Positions 8,078-17,342 of a stretch of 64,000 nucleotides of DNA are shown in pieces (position 1 is the stretch's first letter; each line of letters begins with the position of its first letter). A program made the translations under genes and the position numbers. The stretch is from an uncultured virus (IMG/VR IMGVR_UViG_3300034082_002584) (taxonomy: Duplodnaviria; Heunggongvirae; Uroviricota; Caudoviricetes): IMG/VR virus record IMGVR_UViG_3300034082_002584, one strand, 5' to 3'. The notes under the pieces were generated by a model. The model saw only the letters and a list, made by a program, of their open reading frames with translations, was not told the DNA's origin and did not search any database.

Positions 8078-8566
8078 ATGAATATTTATTATGATACTAC
8101 TCCATATTTTTATGTCATAGAAGATGTAAGAAATGGTAAAAAGTATGCAGGAAGTAGATGGAGAAAAGGATGCCATCCTTCTGAATTATTAAGAGAGAAA
8201 AATGGATACTATACATCATCTAAAGAAGTTAATAAAATTATCAAAGAACACGGATTACTCGTCTTTAGAATAGTTAAAATAAAAGAATGCAAAAACAAAG
8301 ATGCGGTTTATGCATATGAAACTGATTATCTTACAGAAAAAGATGCCGCTACTAATAATCTCTATTACAACAAACATAATAACGATTACTCAACGTTGCA
8401 ATATAAGGGGAACCGTAAAGTTGTAAACGATATAAACAAGTATAAAGACCACTTTAACCTAAAACTTAATAAGTTCGGATTAAAAGGCGGATGGTGGCAA
8501 AAGACTGATGAAGATTTATTATATGTATTAGAACGTATTATACTTGCATTCGGTGAAATCAAATGA
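8078..8566 (+). CDS. GIY-YIG-family (Seg-like) free-standing homing endonuclease
   Basis: PYFYVI...KKYAGSR, YYTSS, AYAYE, YYN motifs; opposite strand to neighbours; late promoter upstream. Confidence 0.65.
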   Translation: MNIYYDTTPYFYVIEDVRNGKKYAGSRWRKGCHPSELLREKNGYYTSSKEVNKIIKEHGLLVFRIVKIKECKNKDAVYAYETDYLTEKDAATNNLYYNKHNNDYSTLQYKGNRKVVNDINKYKDHFNLKLNKFGLKGGWWQKTDEDLLYVLERIILAFGEIK

Positions 8567-8942
8567 TAATTCCATAAAAATCATTGTCGTCATATATGGT
8601 TTCGACTTCTTCTACAATTTCTGCGACCCTAAATTTGGTTCTAAGGTATTCTTTTAACTTAACTTCAGCTTCTTCTAATACATATATTTTATCATCATGT
8701 ATTCCACCGAATGTATTATTTGTTTCTTTATATTTTTTAAGGTGTTTTCTGACAAATATTAAAAAATTTACCGATGCATCTATACTTAAATCTAAATTTT
8801 GACGTTTTTGCTGCCCATAATAACTTTTAGATTTCCCTAAATAAATTTGAGAAAAATCGTTTGTGCTAGTTACTAAACCTACATCTAAAAAATTTTGGGC
8901 TAAATAATACATTAAACGCTGCTTAAATTCTTCCGCTGCCAT
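8559..8942 (-). CDS. hypothetical protein
   Basis: 127-aa ORF, GAGG RBS, GATAAATA upstream. Confidence 0.7.
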   Translation of the reverse strand: MAAEEFKQRLMYYLAQNFLDVGLVTSTNDFSQIYLGKSKSYYGQQKRQNLDLSIDASVNFLIFVRKHLKKYKETNNTFGGIHDDKIYVLEEAEVKLKEYLRTKFRVAEIVEEVETIYDDNDFYGIII

Positions 8943-9035
8943 AGTGCCTCACATCCTGAAAAATACCGTTTTTTGAACGGGGTAAATCATACGATTCAAT
9001 ATATTTTAATCATATGACCATAATATTTATCATAA

Positions 9036-9068
9036 TTCCTACACGTTTATTATTATTGTGTAGGAATT
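9036..9068. terminator. hairpin downstream of the family A array
   Basis: TTCCTACAC ... GTGTAGGAA inverted repeat. Confidence 0.5.
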
Positions 9069-9071
9069 ACA

Positions 9072-9317
9072 TTAACGAGGTATTTGTTCACTGAATTCTA
9101 TTATATTATAATTGGGTTGTGTAAGTTTGAATTGTGTTAATATGTAATCATTTCCCTGCCATATAAATGGATACGGTTGATTCATAAATGAAAGACTTAT
9201 ATCTCCACCACAATTAATCCAGTGTTTTGCCATAGTATCATACATATCTCTATAGTGGTGTCTTGATAGTTGATATGTATGAAAACTTACATAATATGTT
9301 TTTAATTTATTATTCAT
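9072..9317 (-). CDS. small protein, family A paralogue
   Basis: HWINCGG...GNDYILTQFKLTQ. Confidence 0.75.
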   Translation of the reverse strand: MNNKLKTYYVSFHTYQLSRHHYRDMYDTMAKHWINCGGDISLSFMNQPYPFIWQGNDYILTQFKLTQPNYNIIEFSEQIPR

Positions 9318-9553
9318 TGTATTATTTCTTTAATGGTTAAGCAATATGAGTATTTGTATGTTAATATAAACTCTGTCATGATTTCATTTGATCCGAGTAG
9401 ATACAGTCCATGTGTTTCTGGTATTATTCCTCCTAGTTCTTTCCAATAGTCTATTATATGATCTTCTTGTGCCCATGATTTAATATATGTAAAATTATTT
9501 TTTATATCTGGTAAGAAGTCTTGTATTATTGTTACATAATATATTTTGTTCAT
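9314..9553 (-). CDS. small protein, family A paralogue
   Basis: YWKELGG...GSNEIMTEFILTY. Confidence 0.75.
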   Translation of the reverse strand: MNKIYYVTIIQDFLPDIKNNFTYIKSWAQEDHIIDYWKELGGIIPETHGLYLLGSNEIMTEFILTYKYSYCLTIKEIIQ

Positions 9554-9777
9554 TATGTGATTTCTTTAATATTAACATATTGTGCGTAAGTGTATGTTAG
9601 CATAAACTCTATTAGGATTTCATCACTTCCGTATATATAATGGAATGCGTTATCATATATTCCACCCAATGATTCCCAATGTTCGACTGCATGATAGTAT
9701 GGTTTATATTGATTACGATAATTTATCTGCATTGGCAGGAAGAATTTTGTTGTTATGAGTTCATATGTTTTATTCAT
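9553..9777 (-). CDS. small protein, family A paralogue
   Basis: HWESLGG...GSDEILIEFMLTY. Confidence 0.75.
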   Translation of the reverse strand: MNKTYELITTKFFLPMQINYRNQYKPYYHAVEHWESLGGIYDNAFHYIYGSDEILIEFMLTYTYAQYVNIKEIT

Positions 9778-10000
9778 TTACTTCACTTATTGACAGATGT
9801 GGTGATATTGGGTATATTAATAAAAATTCCATTAGTATATCATCGGTTCCATATAAGTGTGAGCAATCGTTGTTTTCTCTAATACCTCCTAAGTGTTCCC
9901 AACATATTTGTATTGTGATCATATCTGATACTAGTTCGAGGTAATCTATTATTGGTAAATATTTATTTCGATAAATTTTATATTTTTTCATTATTCCCAC
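9770..10000 (-). CDS. small protein, family A paralogue
   Basis: WEHLGG...GTDDILMEFLLIY. Confidence 0.75.
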   Translation of the reverse strand: MGIMKKYKIYRNKYLPIIDYLELVSDMITIQICWEHLGGIRENNDCSHLYGTDDILMEFLLIYPISPHLSISEVNE

Positions 10001-10158
10001 ACGGTTTTATTAACATTGGGCCATTTGTTTTTGATACGGGTCATATTATCATCATACCAAGTAGTATCACGATTAAGTTTTTGGATGAGTTCTTTCATTT
10101 TTTTAGTATTATGGTAGCTTTGGATATCATATTTCCAAGCGGTCATTTTCATATCCAT
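9991..10158 (-). CDS. small hypothetical protein (55 aa)
   Basis: read manually; stop abuts the start of the family A array. Confidence 0.4.
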   Translation of the reverse strand: MDMKMTAWKYDIQSYHNTKKMKELIQKLNRDTTWYDDNMTRIKNKWPNVNKTVWE

Positions 10159-10267
10159 TTTGTATTATCCAATTAATGATGTGTTGTTACTACTGGTGTA
10201 TCAGGTTTCTTTCTGATTGGCAAGGGTTTTGTTTAGTAGTATGGTATAATTTTATGGAGTTTGATTC

Positions 10268-10489
10268 ATGTATTATTTGGTTTCTTATGATTCAGATCGG
10301 TGGAAGCATATGCTTGGAATGCGATATTATCACAACAGACTATTAATTGAAGCAGTTATAAAATATGAAATTTATTATGAATATGATAATGATGAATTAA
10401 CGCTTATTGGTTCTGTTAGTGAGATTGCTGAATTTTTGTTATTAGTAGTGATGCCGTTTGAATTTAGATTATGTTGTGTTATTGATTAA
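10268..10489 (+). CDS. small protein, divergent family A paralogue
   Basis: MYYLVSY...GSVSEIAEFLLLV; GGAG RBS. Confidence 0.6.
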   Translation: MYYLVSYDSDRWKHMLGMRYYHNRLLIEAVIKYEIYYEYDNDELTLIGSVSEIAEFLLLVVMPFEFRLCCVID

Positions 10490-10492
10490 GAT

Positions 10493-12469
10493 TTATTTTA
10501 TTCCACTAAGTGTTTTTAATCTAGATATGTTGAGCGATTCTGTTTTTTTAACATTATTATCTTCCAAATAACCATCAAATATATCTTTTTGATATTGATC
10601 GGATTTTATACTATCTAGTATTATTTTTGGAACAATTGTTAAATCAAAATTATTATTTGACATAATATATTGAGCATACAATCTGGAATATTTTTCGCTC
10701 GTTGAAATTCCATTAGTTATTTCTTCTGGAACTATTGACGGATCATATTTGTTATTATCTAATATATCATTTATTGCATAATCGTATGCATCATAATAAT
10801 TCTGTCCTATCATTTCATGTAAAATATTTGGAACAGTTGATGGATTATATTTGGTATTTTTTAATATATATCTGGCATAGTCTGATGCTTCCAGAGAATT
10901 GGTTAATAGTGCTTTTGGTACATAAGAAGCATCGTAATTATATTTTTTTAATATACGAATAAAAAGTTTAGTAGCACTATCAGTATTAAAATTACTTTTA
11001 GATTTTATTCTGTTAATTATATCTATTGGAATATCATTTGGATTAGTATCAGATTCGTCTATAATGATATATGCATATTTGTTTGAACTATCAAAATTCG
11101 TTGCTATGCTTTTAATAATAATGTCTGGAATAATATTTTGATCATAATTATTACGGAGTAAAAGATATTCTGCAAAATCCAATGACGTATCATGATCTTG
11201 TGCTATTCCGTTTAATATAACATCTGGGACAGATTTAATATTATGAGATTGTACTATGTTTCTTGCATAATTGTGTGAACGTGTATAACTTTGTGTAATA
11301 ATATTATGAACTTTGTCTACTATTTCTTTTGGTAAATTTAATAAATGCCAAGGGGATTTTAATACCTTTGCAGAAAAATAAGCTACATCTAAATTATTAC
11401 TTTCATCGACTACATCACCAATGATTTTTCTTTTGTCTCCGCTTTTTAATCTGTTCCAAGTATCATTGTTTATTTCAGTTGGCATAAATTTAGCATAAAC
11501 ACCAATTAAATCATCTGGTGTTAAATCTTGTTGTTTATCACTTAACTTATTTCCAAATTTGAAATACTTATATTTTTCTTCTAAACTATAATTCTCATAT
11601 GTCGCATCAGATGCACTTTTTCTATATTTTAGATAATCTGCTCTTTCTTCTGGAGTCAATGGTTTATGCTTGAATATACCTTCCAATCCCGTTAGCTTTG
11701 GTTGCTTTTCAATTATTTCATCCCAATCCATTTGTTCATCACCTAGATTATTGGCATTAGCCACATGAAATATATTTTGGTTATCTACATATATAACTAT
11801 TGCATGATAGGTGTCATTTTTTGTACGATCTTTATCAAATACGAAATAAAACATAGGTTCATTTTTACGCATACGATATGAGAAAAACATATTTTGTGCA
11901 TCTTTTCTACTAATGCACCAAGAATATCCGCTTCCGTATGCAATGCATTTTTCTTGCAAATCTCCTTTCATAATAACAAGATTATTACTATTATAAAGTG
12001 TATCTAGTTCTGCATTTGGTCCTTCATCTGTGAAAAATTTATTTGATTTTCCACTAATATATTTTTTGAAATCGGCATCTCGCGTAAGACGAATTATTTG
12101 ATTCAATGATAATTTTGTTATATCTTTGAATTGTGTTGGAAATCCTTGACTATATTCATCCCATAAATTAATATACATGATGATTTTTTCATCTGGGACT
12201 ATATTCATTTTTTCTTTTTCTATTTCGTTTCTTATGCGATCCATTTCTTGATACACTGGATCGTCGAAATCTATGAAATCAAAATCATCATCTTCGTCAG
12301 ATTTTTTTGGTTGTATTGTATTATACATTGTATTATACTGTAGAATTAATTGATCAAGTTTTGCATTATTTTCTTTTTTTAACCGCACAAATTGCTGTTG
12401 CTTAACTTTATCAGTTAATTCGGTCAGAATAATATTTTCAAATAAATTTGTTATTTCGGATATCTGCAT
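10493..12469 (-). CDS. large probable virion-internal protein with helical repeats
   Basis: GxxWCIS domain; about 7 C-terminal repeats of roughly 35 aa (VP.II...I...S..YA..I); ends ESLNISRLKTLSGIK; GATAAATA upstream. Confidence 0.75.
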   Translation of the reverse strand: MQISEITNLFENIILTELTDKVKQQQFVRLKKENNAKLDQLILQYNTMYNTIQPKKSDEDDDFDFIDFDDPVYQEMDRIRNEIEKEKMNIVPDEKIIMYINLWDEYSQGFPTQFKDITKLSLNQIIRLTRDADFKKYISGKSNKFFTDEGPNAELDTLYNSNNLVIMKGDLQEKCIAYGSGYSWCISRKDAQNMFFSYRMRKNEPMFYFVFDKDRTKNDTYHAIVIYVDNQNIFHVANANNLGDEQMDWDEIIEKQPKLTGLEGIFKHKPLTPEERADYLKYRKSASDATYENYSLEEKYKYFKFGNKLSDKQQDLTPDDLIGVYAKFMPTEINNDTWNRLKSGDKRKIIGDVVDESNNLDVAYFSAKVLKSPWHLLNLPKEIVDKVHNIITQSYTRSHNYARNIVQSHNIKSVPDVILNGIAQDHDTSLDFAEYLLLRNNYDQNIIPDIIIKSIATNFDSSNKYAYIIIDESDTNPNDIPIDIINRIKSKSNFNTDSATKLFIRILKKYNYDASYVPKALLTNSLEASDYARYILKNTKYNPSTVPNILHEMIGQNYYDAYDYAINDILDNNKYDPSIVPEEITNGISTSEKYSRLYAQYIMSNNNFDLTIVPKIILDSIKSDQYQKDIFDGYLEDNNVKKTESLNISRLKTLSGIK

Positions 12470-12525
12470 AATAGTATACTCCACTTATATATTTGCTATA
12501 TTTATCCAGAAATCAGAAGTGGATG

Positions 12526-12975
12526 CTACACAGTAATATATCTTTCACGATTTGTATCACTTGAATGTTTTGTTTTTACGAATTGTTCATATCCAGTGAA
12601 GTCTATAATTTCACCATTATACGTATTCCAATAATGTGGGATATGTTTCAGTTCATCAATTAGATTATTTTTTTCTGCGAATGATTTTCTATCATCTTTA
12701 TTGCGTGGGTCAAAGCCTTGTTTTTTCATTTTATCAATTTCATCTTTAGTGAAATCTTTAATAGAAAGTTGTGGTATATCAACCTTAAAAAATCCATATA
12801 CTCTGGGAATATCAAATCCGTATTTTTTACCATACATCTGCAATTCTCCTGCTGGCACTCCGCAGTTATCTCTTTTACATCCATATTTGATAATTGCAGA
12901 ATATTCACGTTTGAAATTATCAAGCAGATTATCAATCGTAGTTATATTTTCTGATATTAGGTCAGTGTATTTCAT
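12526..12975 (-). CDS. papain-fold/transglutaminase-like protein
   Basis: DNC...HYW...IIDFT gives a Cys-His-Asp order; N-terminus MKYTDLISE. Confidence 0.55.
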   Translation of the reverse strand: MKYTDLISENITTIDNLLDNFKREYSAIIKYGCKRDNCGVPAGELQMYGKKYGFDIPRVYGFFKVDIPQLSIKDFTKDEIDKMKKQGFDPRNKDDRKSFAEKNNLIDELKHIPHYWNTYNGEIIDFTGYEQFVKTKHSSDTNRERYITV

Positions 12976-13098
12976 TGCATTTTTCTATTATTCCAAGGAT
13001 GATGTGTTCTTATTACTGGTATATCAGATTTATTTATGATTGACAAGATTTTTGTTGTGTTATTGATTAAATAGTATTATTGATTTGGAGATTTGTTT

Positions 13099-13962
13099 AT
13101 GCGTATTAGTAGTATTATTTGCGAGGGATTAAGTAGTGTATTATATCATTCAACTGGGATATACACTGTATTGAATATATTGAGTAGCGATAGATTTCGT
13201 TTAACTCCTGATCTTGGTTCTAGTGTTGAAGCTGGATTGCGTAGTTCTAATAAGAAAAAGATTTATTATATGAGTTTTGCTCGTAGTAAAATGGGTGAGT
13301 ATCATAGTTCTATAAATGCATTATTAGTCATAGATGGTTCAAAGTTATCTAATTTGTATAGTGGTGGTCCGGTTGATTATTGGGGCAATTCATTTGACAA
13401 AGATGAAATGGAAGATCGGTTATATTCTACTAAGCCTTATATTAGCGATGCTACTCAATATATTCGTGCTGTTCATGTATATTATAATGCATCTAGTGAT
13501 GATTATACCAATGCTAAAAAAGTTCGTGTATTGCGTAAGTGTTGGATATTATGCAAGCGTAATAACATTCCGATGTATGTTTACACTGATCCTGCTGCAT
13601 ATCGTTTATTAGATGTTCGCAAATCTGTTCCTGTATCATCATTAGTATATGATCGTAGTATTGTGTTAGACAAGCCTTATAGTGGCAGTATGCGAAATTA
13701 TTATAGCGGATACAGTGAATTATTATCGGTTAATGATATTAGTAAATTAAGTCCTGATGCGGCAAAATTATTAGATAAAATTAAATATGATAATTATTAT
13801 GGTGACGTTAAACGTAGTTTATCTGCTGACATACATAATGATAAATCTAATGATCGCAATCGGGCTAATTTGGATAAATTTTTAGCGAAAGTATTATCAC
13901 TTAATTTGCATAGCGTTAGTGATATTTTGAAACATATTCGTGAGAAGTTTAAGTTAGATTAA
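13099..13962 (+). CDS. putative ADP-ribosyltransferase-fold protein
   Basis: LYHST, YMSFARS and EMEDR motifs; N-terminus MRISSIICE. Confidence 0.5.
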   Translation: MRISSIICEGLSSVLYHSTGIYTVLNILSSDRFRLTPDLGSSVEAGLRSSNKKKIYYMSFARSKMGEYHSSINALLVIDGSKLSNLYSGGPVDYWGNSFDKDEMEDRLYSTKPYISDATQYIRAVHVYYNASSDDYTNAKKVRVLRKCWILCKRNNIPMYVYTDPAAYRLLDVRKSVPVSSLVYDRSIVLDKPYSGSMRNYYSGYSELLSVNDISKLSPDAAKLLDKIKYDNYYGDVKRSLSADIHNDKSNDRNRANLDKFLAKVLSLNLHSVSDILKHIREKFKLD

Positions 13963-14355
13963 CTTATCAATGTTTTGGATAATATCGGTATTAATGATTA
14001 CATATTCTGTATATCCGCGTGGGTCGTTTCCGCTGATAATATCGTATCCGCTGCTTAGATATTGATTAATTGTATCACTTGATAATCTTGTAATATCGCC
14101 ATCTTTTTTTATAATTTTTGCATTTGGATTTATGAATATTTTATACACTGATCCAGTAGGTGTTGCGTATTTTTTTGCTTGATTTATATCGTTTGGATGT
14201 GTTGTATAGAAGCCGCCGTATATTCTGCCTTTTTTATTTTGTTTTGCATTTGGATTGAATACTTGTATTTGATTTTGTGTTAGATTATTATTCGGGTCTC
14301 CGTGCAGCAAATATTGTAAATTATTATTTTCTGTGATGATTTGATTTATTTTCAT
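13954..14355 (-). CDS. putative ADP-ribosyltransferase-fold protein (H-Y-E type)
   Basis: LLHG, GFYTT, AKKYA, GYDII and EYVI motifs; N-terminus MKINQIITE. Confidence 0.6.
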   Translation of the reverse strand: MKINQIITENNNLQYLLHGDPNNNLTQNQIQVFNPNAKQNKKGRIYGGFYTTHPNDINQAKKYATPTGSVYKIFINPNAKIIKKDGDITRLSSDTINQYLSSGYDIISGNDPRGYTEYVIINTDIIQNIDKLI

Positions 14356-14606
14356 TGTGTCATTATCCATGTATCGGGTATTTGTTTATATTTTGCAACC
14401 CACATATTGTGCATTTGTTTTGGTGTTAAACTATGAGATTTAGCAACAGTAGTCATCATGGTATCAATTAATTTATATAATTTATCACTATTGTTTTTAT
14501 TTTTTTGTAATTTTGATTTGTTTGATAACAATGCTGCCTTAAGTTCTTCTACGGCTTGGGCATCTTTATTATGATCCATATTTTCAATTAATTGCCTGTA
14601 ACGCAT
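14352..14606 (-). CDS. small hypothetical virion-associated protein
   Basis: N-terminus MRYRQLIE; AATAAATA upstream; AAGGA RBS. Confidence 0.7.
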   Translation of the reverse strand: MRYRQLIENMDHNKDAQAVEELKAALLSNKSKLQKNKNNSDKLYKLIDTMMTTVAKSHSLTPKQMHNMWVAKYKQIPDTWIMTQ

Positions 14607-14749
14607 GTGTATAATCCTTTTAGCATATTTATTATGGTTATGGAATTTTTGCGATTAAATGTTATCAGAGATAATGCTGTTGACACTTGAATAGCGTTAT
14701 GCTAATGTGTTATTGTATAGCCTTGTAATGATCTGTGAGGAGAGTGTAA

Positions 14750-15082
14750 ATGTATAATATGTGGCAAGTTAAGGATCATAGTCGATATGCTTGTGAATTT
14801 TTCACTAAGAGAAAGTTTAATCATATTTGTCGTTCAGGAATTAAATCTCATTATATTGAAGTTTTTATTGGTGATGAAATTCAGTATTTGGTTCGAATCA
14901 GTAATCATGAAAATTTAACAGTATTGTGCGATAAGCGTATTCCTGATTTTAATGTTGTGGACCAGTATTGTTTTAATAACATGATAAAATATTTCAAGCG
15001 TGTTTATGGCTATGGTGATAATAATATAATTTATAGGAAAGATAGGCAACATGATAGTACCAGAGAAACGATCAACATTTAG
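14750..15082 (+). CDS. hypothetical protein
   Basis: GAGGAG RBS; TTGACA promoter at 14680; VRISNH motif. Confidence 0.7.
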   Translation: MYNMWQVKDHSRYACEFFTKRKFNHICRSGIKSHYIEVFIGDEIQYLVRISNHENLTVLCDKRIPDFNVVDQYCFNNMIKYFKRVYGYGDNNIIYRKDRQHDSTRETINI

Positions 15083-15338
15083 TCATGCATGGCGTGGATT
15101 GTTTAATCTACCGCATGTTGGGCCAAATCCGGGTATATTTTGGGTTATATTTATTATATTTTTGACAGGATTAGCTGGTATTATTCGTGGTGGTATTATT
15201 GGTTTTATTGGTGCAATTATGCTTGGGTGTTTAATTTATATTCCAATGTTGATAATTGGTAGTATTGATCGCAGTAAAACAAGTGATCGCATAGAGCGTA
15301 GGCGTTATGAGCGATTTGAGCAGGCATTGTTTGAATGA
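15051..15338 (+). CDS. small membrane protein
   Basis: two hydrophobic segments. Confidence 0.7.
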   Translation: MIVPEKRSTFSHAWRGLFNLPHVGPNPGIFWVIFIIFLTGLAGIIRGGIIGFIGAIMLGCLIYIPMLIIGSIDRSKTSDRIERRRYERFEQALFE

Positions 15339-15643
15339 TGAGTAGTAAATTTATTATCAAAGAATATAGTATTGTTCTTTATCCTAAGACTAATAACTTT
15401 AATAGTATAAAAGCTGGATTGGAATACAGTAAATTTTTGTTAGAACGAGAACAATATATTATTGATCTGCGGAATGTATTGTGTGAATGCGGATTTGAGC
15501 ATATATCAACTACGCTGAGTGATTTATATTATCGTGGCACCGATAGTGCGGTTGCACTATTTTGGTTAACTTATAGTAGTCCGTTATTAGATCACATGGA
15601 AATACAGTTTGAATCATTCTTGCGTAGCTATAATGTAAAATAA
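15335..15643 (+). CDS. divergent family A paralogue
   Basis: ECGF...YYRGTDSAVALFWLTY. Confidence 0.6.
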   Translation: MMSSKFIIKEYSIVLYPKTNNFNSIKAGLEYSKFLLEREQYIIDLRNVLCECGFEHISTTLSDLYYRGTDSAVALFWLTYSSPLLDHMEIQFESFLRSYNVK

Positions 15644-15673
15644 AAAAGGGGGAAATTAATCCCCCTTTCTTTT
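15642..15673. terminator. bidirectional terminator between convergent genes
   Basis: A-run-GGGGGA-aattaa-TCCCCC-T-run. Confidence 0.75.
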
Positions 15674-16131
15674 TATCCATAGATTGCTTGTTTCCAACGT
15701 TGGGCACCACGCCATTGTTCTTTTGGAATGGTGTCGATGATTTTATCAACGATTGGATCAAGTTCTTGTTTCATGTATTGGCGGCGGCATTCGCTGTTAT
15801 TCATCATGGCAATACGATCAGGAGTCAGATTTGCCACATAATCTTTATCATTTTGTGTTTCACAACGCCACACAAATTTGTCGGTGCGATGAGCATAGTC
15901 GGTTTTGTTGACATAAAAATCTGCCCCAACAGGCATACAATGGTGCTGCGAATGTGGGCTAACAATAAATGCAACCATCCGCCACACATATGCAGCAGGA
16001 CCATCAGCAGGCTTGCTAGCACGAAGTCGGATCACACCGCCACGTTTTGCGACGACTTTTGAAACAATGTCCATATCGTTGTCCGACAAGACTGTTTTCA
16101 AGATTTCAAGGTTGACAGCAGGCATTTCCAT
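15673..16131 (-). CDS. hypothetical protein, paralogue of 1835..2338
   Basis: RLRASKP..GPAAYVWRMV...HHCMP...ELDPIVD. Confidence 0.8.
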   Translation of the reverse strand: MEMPAVNLEILKTVLSDNDMDIVSKVVAKRGGVIRLRASKPADGPAAYVWRMVAFIVSPHSQHHCMPVGADFYVNKTDYAHRTDKFVWRCETQNDKDYVANLTPDRIAMMNNSECRRQYMKQELDPIVDKIIDTIPKEQWRGAQRWKQAIYG

Positions 16132-16176
16132 CGCACGATATTCCTTTGTGACGTGTGATCCTATATGTGGTTCATA

Positions 16177-16587
16177 TCAGTGATTCGCTGGCAGGTCAAG
16201 TGGTCTGTGCCAGTTTGCCACATAATTTTTCAATATGACATTTCCGTATGTTTTGTCGTAATATGGTTGTCTATGAAATTCTGGTAAAAGTATATCACCT
16301 TCTTTGAAATCTTTTCCAAACCGATCACAATCATAATTTAATATAAAACTATGAACAATAGGTATTCGGAATAGTTTATTCAGTGTAATAATTTTTGTAT
16401 ATTTTTTGGATGATGTTCTGTCTATTTTTAATGATTTTTCAAACCGCTGTTTCATTCTTTCCAGATTGGCAGTAGGTAAGTGATCAACCGGAGTATTTTC
16501 AATATAATTATAAAAATCTTTTTTAATGTATTCTACATAATCTTTAATATAATATGATATATGTTTGTCGTTCATTATTATTCCCAA
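16177..16587 (-). CDS. hypothetical protein, divergent paralogue of 3528..3866
   Basis: KYTKII...VHSFI...FKEGDIL...GNV. Confidence 0.7.
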   Translation of the reverse strand: MGIIMNDKHISYYIKDYVEYIKKDFYNYIENTPVDHLPTANLERMKQRFEKSLKIDRTSSKKYTKIITLNKLFRIPIVHSFILNYDCDRFGKDFKEGDILLPEFHRQPYYDKTYGNVILKNYVANWHRPLDLPANH

Positions 16588-16967
16588 AATTGAATACTTG
16601 CAAAGAAGTCTGCTTCACTATATAGCTGATTCAATTCTTTGTCGCTGTGTCTTATTATACTTACGGTTACGCGGTTGTTTGTATCCGCCTGTATCCTGAT
16701 AAACCCATAACGAGCAATAACAACACCGCCAATTACATCTTTTTTGGGATATTCTATATCAATATGAGCCATTTGTGGTTTTTTCAAATTAATGACTCGT
16801 AGTAACTTGTCAGCATCTTTTATTGGTTTTTTAGTATATGCTTTGCCTACGCCGCTGTTTACTATTCGTGAAACTGTATATCCTTTGTCAAACAATAGTT
16901 TGAAAAACGCTATTGTTTTTGTGTCAATTGTATATGGATTACTATAAAATTTATTTTTATATGCCAT
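16578..16967 (-). CDS. family B paralogue
   Basis: C-terminal LYSEADFFASIQF; GGAG before ATG 16967. Confidence 0.7.
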   Translation of the reverse strand: MAYKNKFYSNPYTIDTKTIAFFKLLFDKGYTVSRIVNSGVGKAYTKKPIKDADKLLRVINLKKPQMAHIDIEYPKKDVIGGVVIARYGFIRIQADTNNRVTVSIIRHSDKELNQLYSEADFFASIQFWE

Positions 16968-17340
16968 TGTGTTCTCCATTATTTTCAACATCATATAGTT
17001 CAATATTAAGTAAGAACTCTGCCTCGCAAAATAATTCTAATGCATCTGTTCGTGCATCGGCTGGAATCTGGTGTGGCGTATATGCAACACAATCGGGTTC
17101 AAATGAATAGATAAATTCAAATTTTCTATAATGAACTCCACAACAAAATTTAATTATACCAGATTTGAATTTATTAGTTGAACCAATAAATGTATTAAAA
17201 TTATCTAGTGTTACTTTATGGTTTATTGTGGTAGACTTATATATTGTATTAATAATAACAGCATTTTTTACTGATTTATTCAAGAATAATTTAACCATCG
17301 CCCACATTTGTCGTTGTATTGGTTCAACTTGATTATTCAT
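16957..17340 (-). CDS. family B paralogue
   Basis: C-terminal LFCEAEFLLNIEL. Confidence 0.7.
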   Translation of the reverse strand: MNNQVEPIQRQMWAMVKLFLNKSVKNAVIINTIYKSTTINHKVTLDNFNTFIGSTNKFKSGIIKFCCGVHYRKFEFIYSFEPDCVAYTPHQIPADARTDALELFCEAEFLLNIELYDVENNGEHNGI

Positions 17341-17342
17341 AT

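Noticed and set aside
9072..10000. Diversity-generating retroelement as source of family A variation
   Set aside because: No reverse transcriptase in the window and no near-identical template/variable repeat pair differing at adenines
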